Source of the DNA: Felis catus
Lineage: Eukaryota
Assembly: GCF_018350175.1 (NCBI RefSeq)
Contig: NC_058368.1
Location: forward strand, 8,742,001-8,806,000
Reading direction: 5' to 3'
Length of the DNA stretch: 64,000 nucleotides
Part shown: positions 39,008 to 50,831 of the stretch, one piece after another
Layout: each line of letters opens with the position of its first letter
How positions within the stretch are numbered: the first letter of the stretch is position 1
Program-made: the position numbers and the translations under genes
The notes under the pieces: generated by a model
What the model was told of the DNA's origin: nothing
What the model saw: only the letters and a program-made list of their open reading frames with translations
Databases searched by the model: none

Positions 39008-40619
39008 GTGAGGCCACGTCTGGTGAATGTCCAGGGGCTTCTTGCTGGAGGGGAGGGCGGTAATGGTGATCGGTGTGTGTGGGTGTGTGTGTGGGGGGGT
39101 GGGTGGGGGTGGGTGGGTGGGTGGGTGTATGTGCGTGTTTAAGTTTGGGTCTGGGGTTAGAGATTTCGTTCGATTTTCAGAAGATCCTGCAGAGTCTCCA
39201 GCAGCAGCATCTAATGCTCTGGGAGCCAAGCTGATACTTTTTTTTTAGGTGTGAAAGAAATCAGTCTGGGAAGAGTGATTTAGTAACCTTGATTTCAAAA
39301 GGGAAAGTTATGTAAAAGAGATAGAAAATGACCTAAAGGAACATTTTGAAGGTGAGCGCTTTGAAGAGAATGGGAGATTGTTTGCATTTTAGGGATGAAA
39401 TGGCCGAACTCTGAAATTTCTGCACATTTCAGAGAAAAGGGAGGCAGGGCCACAGCGCTGTTCCACTGTGGCCGTTGACGGGAAATTCAGTGTGCCAGGC
39501 CTGGGGGCATCCGGCCCACGGAGTCACGGCCAAGCCCAGTGTTCACAGAGCAGCATGGGGTGGAGGGCGTCCTCTTCTGCTCCCTTGGCCTTCCTGAAAA
39601 TGCAAAAAGGGGCCGGCTTCTTCTCAGCGCATAAGTTGTCCAGAGGCTCCTGGGGCCATCCAGACACTGAGTCTGTTATTAGCCATCGTGTAGCTAAGCT
39701 TTTCTACCTCTCGGCATGGAACAGAGGTTAGAGGGAGCCTGGTATCTGTTTCAAAGCATTTGTGCTCCAGCAAGAAGTGGCCAAGCCACGTTTGGGGGGG
39801 GGGGGGGGGGGAGGAAATGAACATTCACCTTCAAGGTTCAAACATTGAGTCTGCATTTTAAGAACCCATAGGGCATTTTGAGTTTCGTATACGGACCTTC
39901 TGGTACCTATAAATGGGAGGAAGTACAAATGCTATCTAAATGCTCTCCAGATAAGAAGATGAACTAACTAAATGCCTGGCCAATTTAAAGAAGAAAATCC
40001 AAAGAACGTGAAGTAGCCCCATGCCCACTGGTTTTGTTTGTCTTCTGCACGCAGAAGGATATCCTTCTGTAGGATATCCTACACGACGTGCCCCTAGTGT
40101 ACCAGTCTGAGCCGTCTTTTGTTGGTGGTGTGTCCTGCTTCCCTTAACGCTTTCAGCAGAAAGAGCCTATTACCAATTTGTTGGTGTAAGGAAAGACAAG
40201 AAAATCAGACGGCAGTTTTCTCAAGTTTCAGCCTCTTTGCCCAGCAAAACGTTGGCGACGAATGACCCGTTTGTATTTCGTACCTTCCTTTCTGGTCTGC
40301 TGCTCCCGATGTCAACCGTGAACCGCCAAGTAACTGTAGACCCGACCCCGTGAGAATTAAAACTACCTCCACAGTTTTGAGGTGCCAAAGAGGCCTGACT
40401 TACCGTTGTAAATACTGAGCAGTTTCCTCATTAGAGAAAGAGTGGCATGGGTTTTTGTTGTTGTTCTTCTTCAGCTAGAGGTGTGTTTTCGCACTGACTG
40501 GCAAATCTTTAATAAAGAGAGGAACACAGAGTTATTCACCGAGGTTCTGATAACATTTACGTGGTTACTGCGCCCTTCTTGGATTACCCTTCCCATCCAT
40601 CATCCGGTGTCATAACAAA

Positions 40620-40745
40620 TCTTTTTGTTCGTTTGCTTTTTCATTTTAATTCCACTGCAGTTAACATACAGTGTGATAATAGTTTCAGGTGTACAATGTA
40701 ATGATTCACCTAGTCCATACATCACCGGATGCTCATCCCATAACA
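40620..40745 (-). mobile_element. Very short L1 3'-end fragment
   Basis: gttaacatacagtgtgataatagtttcaggtgtacaa...tgattca...tgctcatccca. Confidence 0.7.
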
Positions 40746-41901
40746 GATCCTTGATAAAGGTTTCCTATGGGTAGGCATGGCAGCAGACGTTGATATGACA
40801 TTTTGGTAATATGTGCTGTGTTTCCGATTTGGAACTCTTGGACCCCATTCATGGCATTGTGGCAGAGAAGGGAGTTAGTTCCTGTGCAGAAATTAAGGGT
40901 TGGTTCCCTGGAGTTATGTATTTCTGTGCCCCCGGCATATTCCCCATTGGCCCATGGACCAAGAGTTTTATTTGTCTGCAGCATACACATGGCTCTTAAA
41001 TCAGAGACCAAAAAGGTCTAGCAGGTGATTTGTAGGCACCTCCTTCAGACCTTCCTACTACTCGAGTTGCACTCGGCGTGACATTTCAGCAAGATGGATG
41101 ACAGACATGAATTTCATTTTCTTTTCAGTAAATCACAACCAGCAGCTCCAGACAGGCCTCGCAAACGACCATGGCATTTCACCTCCCACACATTGTGTGC
41201 TTTTCTGTCTTTCTGATCTCAGTTCTCTCTCCAGATAAACCCCAGAACTAAAAATGAGCATGTTTAAAAAAAAAAAAAAAAAGAAGTCTGTAATTGAGCA
41301 TAAGTGGCTTTCACACAGGCTACTGTGTGTTCTACGTGGTTAGGATGGTTGATTGGAGAGTTTGCCAGTAATAACCAGATTAGACCAGGAGGTGTGATGT
41401 GGGGTGGGGCACCTGGGGAAATAGAAGCACGGCCATCAGGTAGTCTCCAGTGATGGAGCCCTCTGTCACACGGTCTGGTGATCCTGAGACGCTCCGTGTC
41501 ACTCTCGTGGGAGGCCAGCGCGTTGTTATGCGTGGGAATGTTCAGAGCAGATCATGCCAGCTGTGAAGCGTGTGACCCCTGGAGCCAGCGTGAAAAGGCA
41601 GTATCTCTTTTCTTGTCTGGTTAGAAGACTCTACCGTGTATCTTGGAACTTTACACACATGTGGTTTCTACACTGGAGCATATCCACCTGCAAAGCATGG
41701 TGAGGGTACAGGGCCAGCAGGAGTCAGCCCCTCTTTGCCTCCATCTATGAACAAGACCTTGAGCAAGTAGCTGCCCCTCTCTGAGCCTTGTCACATCACC
41801 GCAAGGAGTAACATCCTAGCCCTTGCTTGGTCTCCACTAGTCCCCTCTGACCAATCATCCTTGAGTCTTGGTTTTCTCAGTTTTAAATAGGGTTAATAAT
41901 A

Positions 41902-42106
41902 GGGGCGCCTAGGTGACTCAGTCGGTTGAGCGTCCAGCTTCAGCTCAGGTCATGATCTCGCAGCTCATGAGTTCAAGCCCCGCGTCGGGCTCTGTACTGA
42001 CAGCTCAGAGCCTGGAGGCTGCTTCAGATTCTGTGTCTCCCTCTCTCTGCCCCTTTCCCGTTCATGCTCTGTCTCTCAGAGATGAATAAACGTTAAAAGC
42101 AATTTT
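41902..42106 (+). mobile_element. Felid Can-SINE (within a MIR)
   Basis: TSD taaatagg(g/a)ttaataata at 41884 and 42107. Confidence 0.96.
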
Positions 42107-42204
42107 TAAATAGGATTAATAATAGTGCTTCACAAGGTTGTTGTGAGAATGTAGTAAATTAATGGGTTAAAGTACTTCAAACAATTAGTGAAGAAAAACA
42201 TTCT

Positions 42205-42419
42205 TTTTTAAAAAAAAAAACTTAACATTTATTTATTTTTAAGAGAGACAGAGCACGAGGTGGGGAGGGGCAGAGAGAGAGGGAGACACAGAATCAGAAA
42301 CAGGCTCCAGGCCCTGAGCTGTGAACACAGAGCCCAATGTGGGGCTCGATCTCATGAACCGCGAGATCATGACCTGAGTAGAAGTTGGACGCTTAACCAA
42401 CTGAGCCACCTAGGTGCCC
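42205..42419 (-). mobile_element. Felid Can-SINE
   Basis: Reverse-complement SINEC. Confidence 0.95.
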
Positions 42420-43411
42420 TGAAAAAAAAAAAAAAAGGCCATTCTTTTTGAGTACGAGGAGAACTGACAAAGCCCTGCCCTCAAATATTTTACTCTCAAG
42501 CGAGATGAACGTATGAATGGACGAGGCATACAGAGTTAAAACACGGTGCAAACCACCCTTATTGCATTATGTGTGTACATAGAGAGTGTGGCCTGGGGTG
42601 TACTTTAAGGCTAGAAATAATTTTCTAGGCTAGCTATTCAGCTGCTGCTCCATATTTTTCCCAGAATGTGCTGATGCTGTTAAGTATGTATTGGAAGTAA
42701 GTCTCAGTGTATGGGAAGTCACCAGAAAAAAAGGAATTCGAAGCCTAGATAAGAATCTTCCATTGCTGCCCCATGCTTTACAGCTCCTGGGAGAGCAGTT
42801 GTGAAAACTGTCAGCTGTGACAGCCTGAGCCCAGAGTACAGGGATTCCAAGATGCCACATTGAGGTGCTAACATCAGCCTCTCACTTGTGCTGGTTCCAG
42901 AGAGCTCCACCCCTGTGGCAAGGCATGGTCCTCACCACAGGACAAACAGACCTGCTGAAATCTGTGGTCCCAGGCCTCCGGGTGGTGTCGAAATGAGCAT
43001 GACTCTGAACTTTTTAGAGTCGAGTTGAATGATTTTTTCATCTTTGTCGTGTTCCGGGGAATATTACTCTTTAGCAGCCCCTGGCGGCCAATCCGGGAAA
43101 CAGTCCGGACATGGGTCCCGTATTAAGTAGCGTGCCTTGCTCTGTAGCAGCAAGTTTTATACAATTTATATCTGAGAGTGTATTTATTTTCATCTTATTT
43201 TTAGTAAGATTTATTACATTTGTTCAATATTTTTCATATTGATTTGTGTCATTTTTATCATTAGCTCTATGAATGTGATAGTACACGATGGTTTTTAATT
43301 TTTTTTAATTTTTTATTAAATAGATACAAAAGACTTGAAAATCATCACCAAACATTTGTGTACTATATAAGCCTATTAAAAATTAATAATGCATCCCCTC
43401 CTTTTTTCCTA

Positions 43412-43520
43412 TATAGATATATATATATATACACACACACACACATATACGTATGTATATATGTGTATATATGTATATGTATATATACATATATGTGTGT
43501 ATATATAATATATATATATT
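43412..43520. repeat. (TA)n/(CA)n/(TATG)n low-complexity microsatellite
   Basis: Directly visible. Confidence 0.9.
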
Positions 43521-43634
43521 GCTTTTACTATTTGACCTTCTATCACACAAAAATTTTAAAAACAAACATGTAGAAAGTGTAACATCCAAACACCCATCAT
43601 CTATATTTAATACTTATTAACGTTTTGCTATATT

Positions 43635-44069
43635 TAATGAGGTTGTGGGGGGTGATAATGGCGTTCACGGGGTCCAGAGCCGATGGCCAAGAACGAATCC
43701 TTGAAGACGTCTTTGGTGCAAAAAGGTGATTTCATTAAAGTGCGGGGACAGGACCTGTGGGCAGGAAGAGCTGCCCGGGACCAAGAGCAGAGACTGGTTA
43801 TATACTATGGAGCTGGGGTAGGTCAAGTCCAGGGGAAGTTTCCGGTGAGATTTTCATATGCTAAAGAAGACGCACTTGGGATACTGGAGGCCTAGCTATT
43901 GTCAAGCTAAGGTGGATTTTCCCTGTAGCAAATCATTAGCATTAAAATGGTAGGGAGTTCCTGGAGAAAGGTTTTGCTCTGCCTGACTCAAGTATTTGTC
44001 GATGGGCTGCAGGTTATAAGGAAATTTAATTTTATCCGCCATTTCCTTCTGCCTTTGTTTCCCACATCA
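43635..44069 (-). mobile_element. ERV1-class solo LTR (435 bp)
   Basis: Termini t(a)atgagg...cccacatca (imperfect TG...CA inverted ends); 4-bp TSD tatt at 43631-43634 and 44070-44073; minus-strand TATA-like (ggttatatacta) and polyA-like (tttcatta) sites. Confidence 0.8.
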
Positions 44070-44697
44070 TATTCACTCTTCTATGTTTTTGTTGTTAGTT
44101 AAGGGTACACATTTTTCAATATAGTTTATATATTGCAACTTCAACTTTTCAAGTCACTTACGTGAGTGGAAAATTTTTATCAACGCAGCCTCTCCCCACG
44201 AAGAAAATTAGACCAAAATCACACATCACAGTATTTGTAATGTGTGACTTTGTTCTAATTTTCGTGATCAGTCTGGCCACAGGCTTATCAACTTTACTAA
44301 TCTTTTCAAAGAAGTAACTTGTGTCTTCATTGATTTTCTCCATTGATTGTTTTCTGTTTCATCAGTATTTACTCTTATCCTTATTATTTAGGTCCTTACA
44401 ATTTTTTTTTGTTTAATTGGATTTTTTGTTTTTTGAGGAGAAAGTTTTTATCATTGATTTTAACATTTTCTTCTTCCTGCTAGAAGCCATGTAGATACAA
44501 TCCCCTTCAGGAATTGTATCAGCAAAACCCACACATTTTGAGATGCTCTGTTTTAATTTTCATTCCATTAAAAACATTTCTGATTAAAAAAAAAGAAAGT
44601 TTCTATAGAGATTTCAAAAAAGTAAAAGGCAGAACTCTTCATAACAGTATTATTCCTGCTTATTGACCATCTCTGATGTCCTAGGCACTTTAGATAT

Positions 44698-44700
<3 letters not shown>

Positions 44701-44731
<31 letters not shown>

Positions 44732-44860
44732 GAATAGTATATGCCATATATATAATAGTATGTATAATATATCCTATCTAAAACATATATGTAATATATT
44801 CTATATAAAATAGAGAATATATATAATTATATGTATAGTATATGTATTTATTTATAAATA
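44701..44860. repeat. (TG)n plus TA-rich low complexity
   Basis: Directly visible. Confidence 0.9.
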
Positions 44861-46759
44861 GATATTCTTGTAAGCCTCACAACAACCTTACCTGGTATAG
44901 ATATTATTTCCACATGACAGTTGAAGAAACTGAGCCTAGGGAGATTGTATAGCCCTTCTAAAGACAGCATAATTAGAGACAGATGGAGCCATGATACAAA
45001 AACAGGTTAGTCCACACTCAACACCCATGTTTTTCCACAAGATGATGCGCCACCTCTCCCTCTGCCCTCTAACCTTCAAGGTACTTTAATGTAGTTAAGG
45101 AGAAAAAATACAGAACTGGATAAAACAAAAAGTAAAACAATTGTCAAGAAGTTAACACGTGTACAGATGTTAACAGAAAACCGTCTACGGTAATATTTAA
45201 CCTGTTGCCATAAAAAAGTGGTATGTGCTCAGGTGAAAGCCCAGTTCTTTGAATGGGAAGGGAATGGTCTGAGACTTGGAGGAGCCACACTGGACAGAGG
45301 CGGGATTCTGGATGAGTAAAGGGGAAGGGAGAGCATAGGCACCCGTGGGAAGGGGACGCTCAAAGTCTGCTGTCCGCCAAGCGGCGTCCTCTTGCCTCTC
45401 TTTAAGCTCTTGGTATATTAATGATTTGTGGATAGAGACCTGCGTCTCTTCCCTTAATTTTGCCTTGAATAACTAAGGGCTTAGAGAAAATGTGAGCTCT
45501 TCTGACAGTTCTTCTGCCTCTAATCTAGTGGGAAATGTTGGTGATGTAGTGAGTTGAGAGCAGTGATTGCTGTTCTGAAAGGAAGTTATATGTCACAAAA
45601 GTAAACGTGGTCACAGTACCTTGCTGGGACTACAGCGAGTGTTTGCTTTTTCTCTTAAGGCTCTAGCCTAAGACAGTTTTAGCATAACCCCCAAATACCA
45701 AAATATTCCCAATATCAAGAGGTAGAAATCCCCCCTTACCCCCAACCATGCCAAGCAGCTCTTTGAAGTAATAAGAACCCGGGGGCCTAGGGTGTCAGTA
45801 ATGGACAGCATTGAGGTATGTAGAAAATAAAACTTAAAATTGGAAAGCCTTGTCAGCTTTTCTGGAAGATCCCCAGTACTGGTTCCTCATAAGAGCCATC
45901 TTCACTGATGATAATATAACTTTCACAATAAAAGAATAGGAAGAGATATTTAACGAAGGTAGAAATCGCCCCCATTCAACTCACCTCTCTTAACACTTTG
46001 TCACAAATAGCTTCTGTTTTAAAATTAGATGATACCTCTTTTGAATACAGATGGATGCCAAGGAAGAAGAAAGAGGAGTTTCTTTTGCTGCTTTTGAAAG
46101 GAAGCCCTCAGGCTTGCCCCAGACCCTGGTTGGCGGCCAGTTAAAAGCTTTTTAGTAAATGCGCTTGCTTCTATAATATGTTAAGATGCAGAATTCAGTG
46201 CAATTTTCCTTCAGGCCAGGGAGGCAGCCAGCATAGTGAAGACGGCACAGAACAAGACCATGGACTCGTCCTATTTAGACCCACGCCCTCTGACAGATAA
46301 GGAAGTGTCTGTTTCAGAGTCACTGGAAGTTGATTTTAAAATAAATGAATTGCTTCAAACTCCCCTCCAAGTAAAAGGGAGTCGAAGCAATGATAACTTT
46401 AAAGAAGCAGCAATGGGGAGATGGGAGGTATGGCTGCCTCCGCACCAGCCCCTCTTTCCTCTGAGAGACGAGTTTGTTAACTTTCCCAGACCTTGGCTTT
46501 TCTAGCAAATGGGGACATGGAGGGTGCCACTTTGGAGACAAGACTGGCGGGAAGGGGCTCTCATGCTCCGGGGTCTGGGATTTCATTGAGTCCCTCTAAC
46601 TCTGTGAGGCATCATTTGAATACCAGAACATCCTCAGCCCTTCCTCGGCTGATGGGTGATGCACTTGAAGTGCGTCCTTCCTTTCCCCTATGTTCATCTG
46701 TCGCTAGGCGACAATCACAGTCTAGAAAACAGGAGGTGTTTTGTTTATGTTTTATGTTT

Positions 46760-47540
46760 TCGTGTTTAATTTATTTTTTATTTTATTTAAATCCAAGTTA
46801 GTTAACATATGGCGTAATAATGGTTTCAGGAGCAGAATTTAGTGATTCGTCACTTGCATGTAACACCCAGTGCTCATCCCCACAGGTGCCCTCCTTAATG
46901 CCCATCACCCATGTACCCCATCCCCCCCAACCAACCCCCTGCAAGCGGCCCTTAGTTTGTTCTCTGTGTTTAAGAGTCTCTTAAGGGGGCACCTGAATGG
47001 CTCAGTTGGTTAAGCGTCCGACTTCAGCCCAGGTCATGATCTCACGGTTCCTGGGTTCGAGCCCCGCATCGGGCTCTGGGCTGACAGCTCAGAGCCTGGA
47101 GCCTGTTTCCGATTCTGTGTCTCCCTCTCTCTCTGCCCTTCCGCTGCTCATGCTCTGTCTCTCTGTCTCTCTCAAAAATAAACATTAAGAGTCTCTTATG
47201 GTTTCCCTCCCTGGTGGTTTTTGTCTCTGTTTTTGTCTTATTTTTCCTTCCTTTCCCCTATGTTCATCTGTTGTGTTTCTCAGATTCCACATATGAGTGA
47301 AATCCTATATCTTTCTCTGACTATTTTGCTTATCGTAATGCACTCGAGTTCCATCCACGTTGTTGCAAATGGCACGACTTCATTCTTTCTGATGGCTGAG
47401 GAATATTCCATTGTATGTGTATACCAGTCTTCCTTATCTATTCGTCAGTCGATGGACATTTGAGCTTCTTCCATAGTTTGGCTATTGTTGATAACACTGC
47501 TGTAAACATTGGGGTGCATGTGCCCCTTCAAATCCGCCTT
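46760..47540 (-). mobile_element. Carnivore L1 3'UTR fragment, interrupted by a SINE
   Basis: Similar to 23640-24290 (acacccagtgctcatccc..., ttccatccacgttgttgcaaatggca). Confidence 0.9.
46985..47186 (+). mobile_element. Felid Can-SINE lacking a long poly(A)
   Basis: TSD ttaagagtctctta at 46970 and 47185. Confidence 0.96.
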
Positions 47541-50166
47541 CTCTTTGGGAAAATCATTTTTAAGTAAGCAGCTTCTATGGAACATGTGAGGCATGAGCGA
47601 ATGTCTCAGGATATCACTGTCTCCTGTAGCTTCTCAGGGACAGGGTCAGCACAGAGAGACGGAGAGAGAAAGCTGCTTAATGAGGCTGAGCCCTCGCCTC
47701 GCCCCCCTTTTGGCATCTGCTTCCTGAAAGGGGGCGAGTGCCATGATGGGTTGTTTTGCGCCTTTCCACCTAGGTCTCTCCCACGAGAGAGGGAGAGCAC
47801 GGACTTGAATAAGACGTTTGTTTCCTGGAGTGAGTTATGCTGAGAGCCTCCCTCCACGGCTCCCACCCTGCCTCCTTCTCAACACACGTACATTCTGAAT
47901 TATGTCTGCTCCCAGGGGCACGTCACTGTCCACCCTAACCGTTCCATTGAACACAACACCTGCTTGTTAACTGGAGCATTTCAAAACTAAGGCTCACACC
48001 CTGACTTCCCATTCCTGAGGCGACACACTTGTTCCAACCACGAGGTGCAGGGTGCCGTGTGGCACTGAGGGTCTTCCTCCAGCCGGGGTCACCGGGGCCC
48101 TTCGGAGAGGACGGATGCTTGCGAAGTGGCCTCCGACAGCAGTAAGATTTCATCAGGCAGAGGTGGAGAGATCCTGTGCTGCGGGAGGCACAGCCTTGGG
48201 AAAGGACAAGACGGTTCTGTGGAAAGGGGTGAGTCTCCTTTGCCTAGAGCTTGGAGTGTGGGACTGATGATGATCGCCATGAGGAGGAAGGGTTTGGGGA
48301 CTCTCTTTGAGGCAGGCGGGAGGCCCTGGGAGTCCTGGACAGGGTACTGAAGCGTTTGAAGCTGCATTTTAGGAAGATCATTATGGTAGCAGCATAAGGG
48401 ATGGACGGTAGAAAGAAAATCCCAGGCAGAGAGAACAATTAGGAGGCTCTGCTGGTGTAACTAATAATCCAGGCAAGAGGTGAGAAGGGCCAGAAGTCTT
48501 GGTGGGAAGGAGAGGGGAGGTAGAGGACCGAGGACCAAGGTGGTGAGCCAATTCCGGGGTGGGGGCTCGTGAGGCTTTAACTAGGACCAGATGCTCCAGA
48601 GGATGAGTGACAACCCCCACCCCCCCCCCCAGCCCTGATAACACAAACAAGAATCACAGAACTGTGACGTGTTAAGTGTTAACAACTTCAGACGCATGTG
48701 TGTTTGGGGCTCAGACACGTTTAAAGGGGCCATAGGTTGTCTTTTCATGTGTCTTTGGAACTGCACACTTTGTGTATCAGTGAACCCTTAGGATCCAGGT
48801 CCATTGGACCTGTAGGGATGGGCATTTTCCCCCAAAAAGTATACTTTGCAGACTAATATCACCTGTCCCTTTGAAATTGAGAAGAACTTGTCCAGAACTC
48901 CATTCCACATTTCGGGAACATCCTAGGTCTCTCCCACAATCTCAGGAATTTCAGGTCGGGGGAGCTTCTGTTTTTATAGTTACCTGTGGCTCTGAATCTC
49001 TGCTTCTCCTAAATCAACTCAGTTTATGGGTTACTACCATTCCGCCTGTGCTGATGCTGTTCCCAGCATAGCCCTCGCCTCACCCCCTTGGTTGATTTTC
49101 AAGATTCTGCTTTCTGATGCTGGGGTCTTCCTTAGGGAGGGAAACAGGGGTTTCGATGTCCGGAGAGAAAAAGGAAGCGCTAGAAAACGTGGGAGCCCTT
49201 TATGCGGAAGTGACATAGGGGACGAGAGAGGCAGGAGACTGTGTACAGAGGGGCAAAGGAGACAGCTGCTGTGGGACCAGAGGAAAAGGAGAGAAAGGAA
49301 AGAGAAGACGTGGTGGGAAAACAGGAGAATGCCCTCACAGAAGCCAAATGAGGGAGGCATTTCTGAAAGGGGAGAGTGACTTACAACAGCAGGTGCCGGC
49401 CTGAGGGTGAAAGTGATACAGAATGAGTCTGGCCGTTTCAGAGAAGAGTCTGGACACAGGTCGTCCTGGTTTCTCAAGGATCCGACGGGGTAGCAGTCGG
49501 ACGTGTTTCTTCATTCCACCCAGGAACCTGGCACTTTCCCCTGTGAGAAGCGGCAACGGTGACATCTACAGGACATTGTCCAGAAGTGAAACTCCGTGCC
49601 TGGAGAGGAGGGCGCGTGCCCCACACTACGTTCCGTTCCAGACGATGTCTCAAAAAGCAAATACTGCCCTCCTCCCGCGGTTCTAACGCGTGAACTACAG
49701 GCCTGCCCATTCCACAAGCTTGATTGAGACTGGGTTTGAACTTGAAAGCACACAGCAGCCGTTATTTTTCATTCGATTCCTGCCAATCCGATCGCTAAGA
49801 CAGCAAGAAAAGGATTCGTGTTCTACGCCGCAAGCAGTTGGTCTATAATGCATGAAAGCAATTACGCATCTCAGAAACCTAAGAGTCACGCACTCTGTAT
49901 CTGTCATTCAGTACCCAGAGAGAGAGAAAGCCATCACTTCCGCTCTACCAGGAACAGAAAGAGGAACATTTAAAACTCAAAAGCATTGAGACTTTATCGG
50001 GTAACAATGTTCTCTTGAAAACAAAGACTTACCCTAAGTACTGAGCTAACAAAATAGATGGGGGGTCATGTAACTGCTCAGGTTTTCCTTCAATCGCATC
50101 TCCCTAATTTTTGGTTGAGTTTAAAAGAAACACAGATCTAAATACACCAATTAAAAGACAGAGATA

Positions 50167-50331
50167 GGGTGCCTGGGTGGCTCGGTAGGTTAAGCGTCTG
50201 ACTTCAGCTCAGGTGACGATCTTGCAGTTGACCGAGTTCAAGCCCCACATCGGGCTCAGTGCTGACAGCTCAGAGCCTGGAGCTTGCTTCAGATTCTGTG
50301 TCTCCCTCTCTCTGCCCCTTTGCTCCTCACA

Positions 50332-50376
<45 letters not shown>

Positions 50377-50395
50377 AAATAAACATTTTTTAAAA
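50167..50395 (+). mobile_element. Can-SINE
   Basis: Typical head, (CT)n, tail. Confidence 0.94.
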
Positions 50396-50460
50396 AGAAA
50401 GATAGTAAAAAAATGATGTTTTAAAACTTAACTATATGTTGTCCACAAGAAACCCAATTT

Positions 50461-50831
50461 CTTTTTTTTTCTTTTTTTTTTTCTGTTTGTGAATTTAATG
50501 GCAGGGAGCTAAGATAGGGGTGCCCTGTGCCGTCTGTCTCTGCTTTTCCAGTGGTGAGGGGGTCCCCCTGTAAGAGTGTAGAGATGGGTGGGTCATGGAG
50601 TGCAGAGTTGGGGTTGTGGGGGGAGCTGGTGGGACAGAAGGACTTTCAGGGGGCCCAAGCCACAGGGGACTGCTGGGCAGCATGGAGGGCCCTTCCGGTG
50701 TGTGACCAGGCATGACAGGTGTCCCTGAGACCAGTGTGGAAGCACTTGACCCCCCCTCCCAGTTCTGAGGAGCTTGCACAGAGTCGGCAGGAGTGTGGGA
50801 TGGCCACTGGCCCACCGAGGTCCCACCCCCT
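50461..50831 (-). pseudogene. G6PD: 5'-truncated processed retrocopy of an mRNA 3'UTR, most likely G6PD
   Basis: TSD cacaagaaaccca(a/g)ttt at 50444-50460 and 50832-50848; poly(T) 50462-50482; ATTAAA on minus strand (50494-50499) 11 nt before the tail. Minus strand reads ...ctgtcccacca...caactctgcactccatg...gaaaagcaga...ccctgccattaaattcacaaacag-An, matching my recall of the human G6PD 3' end (...ctgtcccaccaactctgcactccatg...gaaaagcagacg...ccctgccattaaatccgcaaacag). Confidence 0.8.

Noticed and set aside
38522..39229. 235-aa minus-strand ORF
   Set aside because: Antisense shadow of the GC-rich MTUS2 exon plus simple repeats.
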